Positions 58,347-64,000 of a stretch of DNA of 64,000 nucleotides are shown here, piece by piece. The notes beneath the pieces were generated by a model. The model searched no databases, was not told the origin of the DNA, and saw only the letters and a list, made by a program, of their open reading frames with translations. The DNA is taken from assembly GCA_041663045.1 (NCBI GenBank), contig JBAZRH010000001.1:340403-404402 (forward strand), read 5' to 3'. The translations under genes and the position numbers were made by a program. Every line of letters begins with the position of its first letter. The first letter of the stretch is position 1. The stretch is from Minisyncoccota bacterium. Lineage in GTDB: Bacteria; Patescibacteriota; Minisyncoccia; Phycocordibacterales; GWA1-40-21.

Positions 58347-59222
58347 TTAACCGAGCTTTCTCTCCGCCTCTATAAATTCATCTAATTCGCCATTCAAAAC
58401 TTTATCAATATTTCCCGTTTCAATACCGGTACGATGATCTTTTATCATTTTATACGGATGAAAAACATAAGAACGAATCTGATTCCCCCACTCTATTGCT
58501 GTGGTTTTGCTCACATAAAGCCCCTTTTCTTTCGCTTTCTTTTCCTCTTCTCTCTTGGTAAAGAGTTTGCCTGCCAAAATCTGCATAGCTTTTTCTTTAT
58601 TCTGCGCCTGTGAACGCTCACTTGTCGTCCTTACAGAAATCCCAGTCGGCACATGGACTATTCTCACAGCAGTTTCCCTTTTATTTACATTTTGTCCACC
58701 TGGACCTCCGGCTTTTGAAATCTCGATTTTCAACTCGCTATCCGGGATTTGCATTTTACTGATTTCTTCTAGCTTCGGCACGACTTCGACAAGTGAGAAA
58801 GATGTTTGTCGTAAACTTTTCGCATTGAAAGGAGAGAGTCGGACAAGCCTGTGAACTCCAGATTCGCCCTTAAGCTCACCGTACACACCAGAGCCAGAAA
58901 TCTCTAAGGTTATATTTCTATATCCACCATGATCATTTTCACTTTCATCAAGGATCTTATAAGACCAATTTTTCTTATCACAAAATTTACAATACATTTC
59001 AAAAAGAATTCTGGAGAAGTCTTCTGCATCGTCTCCACCAGCACCAGAAAAAATAGTCATAATAGCATCGCCTTTATCATATTTATCTTTACCGGCAACT
59101 TCGGATTTTAAATCGGAAATTTCTTTGAGCACCGCTTGTGCCTTCACTTTATCATTCCAAAAGTCGGCTGATAGCATCAGTGTTTCTAATTCCAGTATCT
59201 TTTTGAGCTTTTCTTCAGACAT
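58347..59222 (-). CDS. prfB: Peptide chain release factor 2 (shortened)
   Basis: GVHRLVRLSPF (SPF), GGPGGQ, WGNQIRSY. Confidence 0.92.
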   Translation of the reverse strand: MSEEKLKKILELETLMLSADFWNDKVKAQAVLKEISDLKSEVAGKDKYDKGDAIMTIFSGAGGDDAEDFSRILFEMYCKFCDKKNWSYKILDESENDHGGYRNITLEISGSGVYGELKGESGVHRLVRLSPFNAKSLRQTSFSLVEVVPKLEEISKMQIPDSELKIEISKAGGPGGQNVNKRETAVRIVHVPTGISVRTTSERSQAQNKEKAMQILAGKLFTKREEEKKAKEKGLYVSKTTAIEWGNQIRSYVFHPYKMIKDHRTGIETGNIDKVLNGELDEFIEAERKLG

Positions 59223-59748
59223 CTTCAAATTAAGTATAACAATAAAAAAGCCACCTGGGGAGTGTTTTTCAGGATTGTCCCGAAAGGGTTCAGGAGCAAA
59301 CGCTCCTTACAATCCTGGCTTTTGCGTTTCACATTATTCACGCTCCCCAAGTGAGCTCAAAAAAGATATCATATTCCAATAAAAAATGCCACTCCCAACA
59401 TGCGAAGTGGCAAAAATCGGTCGCTTGCAAGCAAGCTCTCCAGCCATTAGCCGTTTAATTTCCGTCCATCCGATAAAGGAGGAGTGCGGTATAGAGCAAG
59501 GAACCACCAACAGGAGCTCCCTTATATTCAGAGCGGAACGAGGCTTACAGGCAAGCAACCGAAAAAGAACAGGTAGAGTGAGCCGGAAACAAACAGTATG
59601 GATTGGAGACTGGTGGCACCAAACACATGAATACGCCGGTCATCCGCAGTAATAACGCATGGTCTCGCGAAACCCAAATGGACAGTTCGTTATACACAAG
59701 CTCACTCTGTAAGCAATATAATATATATTATTAAAAATGCAAATCTTG

Positions 59749-59895
59749 GAGCCAAGGGCGAGGATCGAAACTTACAGTTTCAGTCCCCTTTGTGGTTTTT
59801 TTATTCGCATAAGAATGCTCTAAAAAATGCTCACAAAGGCTTCGATCCTCGCACGAAAGCTCTCCCAGAGCTTTCTCTGTCTCAAACTTCGTTTG
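59749..59895 (-). repeat. tRNA-Thr(CGT) 3'-associated mini-element
   Basis: Direct copy gagccaagggcgaggatcgaa at 59749-59769; inverted ttcgatcctcgc[gaaagctc..gagctttc]. Confidence 0.8.
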
Positions 59896-59968
59896 AGCCA
59901 AGGGCGAGGATCGAACTCGCGACCTGCGGTTTACGATACCGCCGCTCTACCAACTGAGCTACCTTGGC
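59896..59968 (-). tRNA. tRNA-Thr(CGT)
   Basis: GCGGT-ATCGTAA-ACCGC anticodon arm. Confidence 0.93.
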
Positions 59969-59980
59969 TTATATTTACCG

Positions 59981-60151
59981 GAGCCGTTGACCAGGATCGC
60001 TCGCAACTCAAAATCTTTCCGTCGAAAAATTTTTGTCTGGGCACCGGCTCATAAAATTTTCTGCAGAAAATTTTTGACTCCGCCGTTCGCTCCTGGACGC
60101 AAGCAAAACCCTTTGCTTGCTTAAACGACTCATCCTCACTTCGTTCATCTG
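59981..60151 (-). repeat. tRNA-Thr(GGT) 3'-associated mini-element
   Basis: Direct copy gagccgttgaccaggatcg at 59981-59999; inverted gttcgctcctgg[gcaagcaaa..tttgcttgc]aacgactca. Confidence 0.8.
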
Positions 60152-60224
60152 AGCCGTTGACCAGGATCGAACTGGTGACCTCGTCATTACCAATGACGTG
60201 CTCTACCAACTGAGCTACAACGGC
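60152..60224 (-). tRNA. tRNA-Thr(GGT)
   Basis: CGTCA-TTGGTAA-TGACG anticodon arm. Confidence 0.95.
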
Positions 60225-60316
60225 ATAGCATAAAGATAACCTATTTGTTGGCTTTTTTCAATCAAAAAACCGCACGCAAAAGCGCACGGTTTCTTCTTTA
60301 CCTCATACCAGAGAAT

Positions 60317-60514
60317 TTAAAACTGAGGAATCATCTGTGGTAATTGAGGTAAAAATACCCCAGCAGAAAGCGAGTCCTTACCAAAATGTAAGGCTGTCTG
60401 CAGAATATCAAAGAACGACAGGAGGGTATTTTCTAGTGCATGATATATTTCAGGCACCAGAAAGCGTAACATGATAATCGCCAGACCAAGTCCGATAACT
60501 CGCAAGATTTTCAT
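60317..60514 (-). CDS. Small membrane protein (65 aa)
   Basis: MKILRVIGLGLAIIMLRFLVPE hydrophobic N-terminus; hairpin downstream at ~60265-60295. Confidence 0.6.
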   Translation of the reverse strand: MKILRVIGLGLAIIMLRFLVPEIYHALENTLLSFFDILQTALHFGKDSLSAGVFLPQLPQMIPQF

Positions 60515-60850
60515 AACTTTATGAAAATTACGAGAAGGGTTTCTTTTATTTCGTCCGACTTTGACGAAATTGGCCGGCTAATTACCAGACCGCCCCTCCC
60601 CTCCTGAGACCTGTTAAAACAAGTCGCAAAGGGAGAGAGGTGTCTTTCTCAGATATTCAATTATCAATGTCCTTTCTTACATTAGTATTATAGCATATAT
60701 GCTATAACCTGCAACCAGAGAAAGAAGTGTCTCTTTAAATATTTCTAACCTAAATCTATAAATAGTAGCCGAGCTGTTTTACTAGCTTAGCTATTTTACC
60801 CGAATTATCTCATCACAAGTTTAAGACCGATGCGGTGTCCGAAACAAAAA

Positions 60851-62179
60851 TTATAGACCTTTTTCTATGGGTTCTATCCTATAAAACGGCCATAAGGTAA
60901 AAAGGATAATATTAGCGAGAATAAAGATTACAACCCAGGCCCATAGACTAGACCTTGCATAACCAGCCAAGATTCCACCAATGACGAGAGCGGAACCACA
61001 GACACCGAGAATGTCTATGAGTATTTTCCTCTTCAAAATATGGTCGTGTTCTATATTTCCAAGTAATAATGTATATTTTATGGAAGAGACGGCAAAAATC
61101 AACAAGGTAAAAAATATAAAATAAGGAACAGCGCGAACGTTTATTGCCATAGCGACATATAGAGAGACTAGGACCAGATCTAAAATACTGTGTACCAAGC
61201 TATAAGGTGGCGTTATGCGAGAAAAACACCTGATGGAAAAGAAGGTATTAAAAAGAAAAACAATATAAAATATGGCAAGCGGTATTGCTTTGTGCCAATC
61301 AAAAGATTCAAATACCCAGGTAATAATAAAAGCTAAGGCAAAAATAGAGCTGACAATCCAAGCTTTTAATTCAGCCCCTTTTCTAACGTTGTCTTCTATA
61401 GTGTCTGATCTTTTCTCTAATCCTATACGATGATCTTCATAACCATTAGTAAACGGTTTCTTGAAAAGGGCTTGCCAAACAAAATTTAATCCATAAATCA
61501 GATTCGTTTTTACAATCCCCTCTTTCTGAAACCGACGACTGGAAGAATAAATAAAAAAGTCCATCTTAAATACAACCTTTCCGAATTCACTGAGCCTTCT
61601 TGATATATTTGTGTCTTCTCCATAAAACTCAATATTTTTATCAAATCCACCCATCTTTAATAGAGCCTCTTTCTTTGCGACAAAATTTCCCCCCAAAATC
61701 AAATAACCTGCTAGGTGGTATGCGATAGGGGCATTGAGCCACCAAATAATATGCAAAAAGAAATTGTTTATAATAGAACCATCATAATACCTGTATGGCC
61801 CGCTCAAACTGACAGCCTTAGGGTGTTTAGCAAAAAATGTCTCCGCAGTTTTATACCATGCCGGTTGAAGTCTTGTGTCTGCATCAATATAGGCCAAAAA
61901 ATCACCAGTAGCTACTTCTAGCCCCTTTTGTCTCGCTTTGGTTAGACCCTTGTCTGGTTCATCGACTACTTTCACTCCAGAAACTTTCTCGGCCAATTCT
62001 TTCGTGCGGTCGGTACTGCCATTATTGATAACGATTATTTCGTGAAATTTACCGTCTGAATATTTTATTGCTTTTTCTAAACAATCAATAATAGAATCCT
62101 CCTCATTGTAGGCCGGTATGATCAAGCTGATTTTAAATTTTTTATTTTGTGACGTCATCTTATTACTACTTATTACCAT
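60851..62179 (-). CDS. GT2 glycosyltransferase fused to a multi-TM C-terminal domain
   Basis: IPAYNEE, NNGSTD, DAD, GED, SSRRF; hydrophobic C-terminal ~170 aa. Confidence 0.9.
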   Translation of the reverse strand: MVISSNKMTSQNKKFKISLIIPAYNEEDSIIDCLEKAIKYSDGKFHEIIVINNGSTDRTKELAEKVSGVKVVDEPDKGLTKARQKGLEVATGDFLAYIDADTRLQPAWYKTAETFFAKHPKAVSLSGPYRYYDGSIINNFFLHIIWWLNAPIAYHLAGYLILGGNFVAKKEALLKMGGFDKNIEFYGEDTNISRRLSEFGKVVFKMDFFIYSSSRRFQKEGIVKTNLIYGLNFVWQALFKKPFTNGYEDHRIGLEKRSDTIEDNVRKGAELKAWIVSSIFALAFIITWVFESFDWHKAIPLAIFYIVFLFNTFFSIRCFSRITPPYSLVHSILDLVLVSLYVAMAINVRAVPYFIFFTLLIFAVSSIKYTLLLGNIEHDHILKRKILIDILGVCGSALVIGGILAGYARSSLWAWVVIFILANIILFTLWPFYRIEPIEKGL

Positions 62180-64000
62180 ACTCTTTTTTCAAAACAAAAT
62201 ACTTTGCCAGTCTATACTGGGAATAGACGAGAAAACAAAGAGCGACGGAAATAATTGAAATATTTGAGACAGAAAAGCTTGGAATAAGATTTGTCGTATC
62301 AAAAAAAGTTGCGATAATGGGCATCTTAAGAACAAAAAGGAATAAGACAACCTCTATCAAAGCAAGAGAAAGTATTTGTAACTTTTGCATTTTAGATATT
62401 ATACCCCTGTATACATACGGAGTAAATGCAAAGAAGGTAAAACCTGAAATTATATAAGCAATAATTACTAAAAGATTTGACTCCGCTAATTTCATATATA
62501 TGGGGCTTATAATAAAGATTATCGCGATAAAAATAGTCTGAATAATTGAAGAGGAGACAGCGAACGGTAAAATATTTTTAAGAAAAGGTACAGTGCTTTG
62601 CGAATCAATTCTGCCCGAAGGCATGATTGTCCAATAAGAGATTAGTATACCCGGAATCCCCACGGTGAAATAATTGATGAGGGTAATATTGAGTGGGGTA
62701 AGCGGAAATGCATATCCAAACAGACTTACAAAAATAAATAAAAAGAAACCAACAAAAGTTAAGTTAAGAAAAATACTGGAGAATATCTCTACATTTCTAA
62801 TAATGCTGTCGGCTAGTGTCACTCCACCCGGCATTGCAGTAAAACTATTATTTGTAAGTACAATGGCCGCGAGTTGCCTTGTGGCTGGCGCCCCATCAAA
62901 CATCGCTATGCCAAGATCCGCCTTTTTGATAGCAAGGGCGTCGTTGGCCCCGTCCCCCACCATTGCTGTAAAACCGTCTTTCTTAAATGCTTCAACTATT
63001 TTTTCTTTTTGTTCAGGAATAATTCTAGCAAAGATAGTATAAGAGCCAACTTTTTCTTCAAACTCGCTTCTACTCCATTCTTCCATCTCTTTACCGGTAA
63101 TAATATTGTCAGGATTTTTTACTCCTGCCAAAGCAGCCACCGCACACACCGTTTCTGGATTATCTCCAGAAATAATCCTTATGTGCACACCCCTTTCCTG
63201 AAAAAAATTAATAGTGTGCTTAATACCTCCTCTAAGATTATTATAAAAAACATAAACCGCCACAATTGAGAACTCGACCTTAGACAAATCATGGGGTATA
63301 TTCACACCTTTGACCTTCATAACACACCAGACGTGTTTACCATCGTGGGCTTCTTTATCAAGAAAATCTTGAAGCCATTTTTTTTCTACAATATTTGATA
63401 TGTGTGGTAGAAAAACATCCGGTGCGCCACCAAAGACAATTAAATCTTCACTCTCTTTTTTTATAGAAACAGCACCATATCTTCGCCAAGAAGAAAACGA
63501 CAAGGAATCGACAACGTCGCCTCTATATTTAATTCCTATAAACTTTTTAACTGCATTTAAGGTTTGAGAAGAGTCGCCTGTCCCCTGAATATATGCCATG
63601 GTTAGATCTTGCGCAGATTCTATACTAACTTCAGGCGGTACGTATATGTCTTCAACTACTAATGTATTTTCGGTCAATGTACCTGTCTTATCCATACAGA
63701 GATTTTTTATACGACCGAGTTTCTCTGTAGCATTTACCTCTTGTAATAAGACATGTCTTCGGAAAAGACGTGCTGCTCCATACGCAAAAAAAAGAGTAGT
63801 AGCGAAAAATAATCCCACGGGCATAAGTGCACTGGTAAGAGCCCCGATATTTTTTATAATTCTAATTGCCGGCTCGTGTATTAGAAAGCCTCGAATAATC
63901 ACAAAACCAAGAACAACGGCGAGAATGTATCCACAATATTTAATAAACAAATTGATGGAACTTTGAATAGGGCTTAGTCTTATAGAATATTTTTTTATGC
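62166..64000 (-). CDS. P-type cation-transporting ATPase (5' end outside the window)
   Basis: DKTGTLT, SGDN, MVGDGANDALA. Confidence 0.92.
   Translation of the reverse strand, partial: IKKYSIRLSPIQSSINLFIKYCGYILAVVLGFVIIRGFLIHEPAIRIIKNIGALTSALMPVGLFFATTLFFAYGAARLFRRHVLLQEVNATEKLGRIKNLCMDKTGTLTENTLVVEDIYVPPEVSIESAQDLTMAYIQGTGDSSQTLNAVKKFIGIKYRGDVVDSLSFSSWRRYGAVSIKKESEDLIVFGGAPDVFLPHISNIVEKKWLQDFLDKEAHDGKHVWCVMKVKGVNIPHDLSKVEFSIVAVYVFYNNLRGGIKHTINFFQERGVHIRIISGDNPETVCAVAALAGVKNPDNIITGKEMEEWSRSEFEEKVGSYTIFARIIPEQKEKIVEAFKKDGFTAMVGDGANDALAIKKADLGIAMFDGAPATRQLAAIVLTNNSFTAMPGGVTLADSIIRNVEIFSSIFLNLTFVGFFLFIFVSLFGYAFPLTPLNITLINYFTVGIPGILISYWTIMPSGRIDSQSTVPFLKNILPFAVSSSIIQTIFIAIIFIISPIYMKLAESNLLVIIAYIISGFTFFAFTPYVYRGIISKMQKLQILSLALIEVVLFLFVLKMPIIATFFDTTNLIPSFSVSNISIISVALCFLVYSQYRLAKYFVLKKEYGNK

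Noticed and set aside
59334-59710. Short ORFs or an ncRNA upstream of prfB, including a frameshifted prfB first segment
   Set aside because: No frame is convincing, there is no CTT-TGA slip site, and prfB has its own -10 box just before ATG 59222.
963-63966. Many antisense or nested ORFs in the track, and ORFs overlapping tRNAs (e.g. 29072-29611)
   Set aside because: They are shadows of well-supported genes or run through tRNAs and repeats.
1-64000. Genetic code 25 (TGA read as Gly)
   Set aside because: Conserved genes are full-length under code 11, infB ends in TGA, and an SPF-type RF2 is present.

Overview
An AT-rich 64 kb window that most resembles a Patescibacteria (CPR, Parcubacteria-like) chromosome using the standard genetic code. 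The taxonomy is inferred from shortened ValRS, IF2 and RF2, stand-alone PEP-utilizer proteins and promoters sitting directly before start codons. Most of the window is housekeeping (ybeY, ftsAZ, trxB, tsaD, valS, lepA, alr, clpB, iscS, infB, rbfA, class II RNR, htpX, lemA, secG, rnj, ftsEX, prfB) with 15 canonical tRNAs. Three things stand out. (1) At 24.4-28.6 kb, two diverged paralogous ~480-aa unknown proteins are each preceded by an identical aberrant tRNA-Glu-like RNA (6-nt anticodon loop, no D-loop GG, A-U-rich T-stem) and followed by an M19 dipeptidase. This is a candidate tRNA-dependent non-ribosomal amide-forming system. (2) A 6.2 kb serine-recombinase/restriction-modification island at the 3' end of tRNA-Ser(CGA) carries an internal inverted copy of its own joined ends (429+120 bp), which could invert modules and swap the recombinase C-terminus. 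(3) A family of ~135-195 bp elements follows most of 8 tRNAs, built from a palindrome-interrupted antisense copy plus a direct copy of that tRNA's 3' end. All calls are by eye and no database searches were run.
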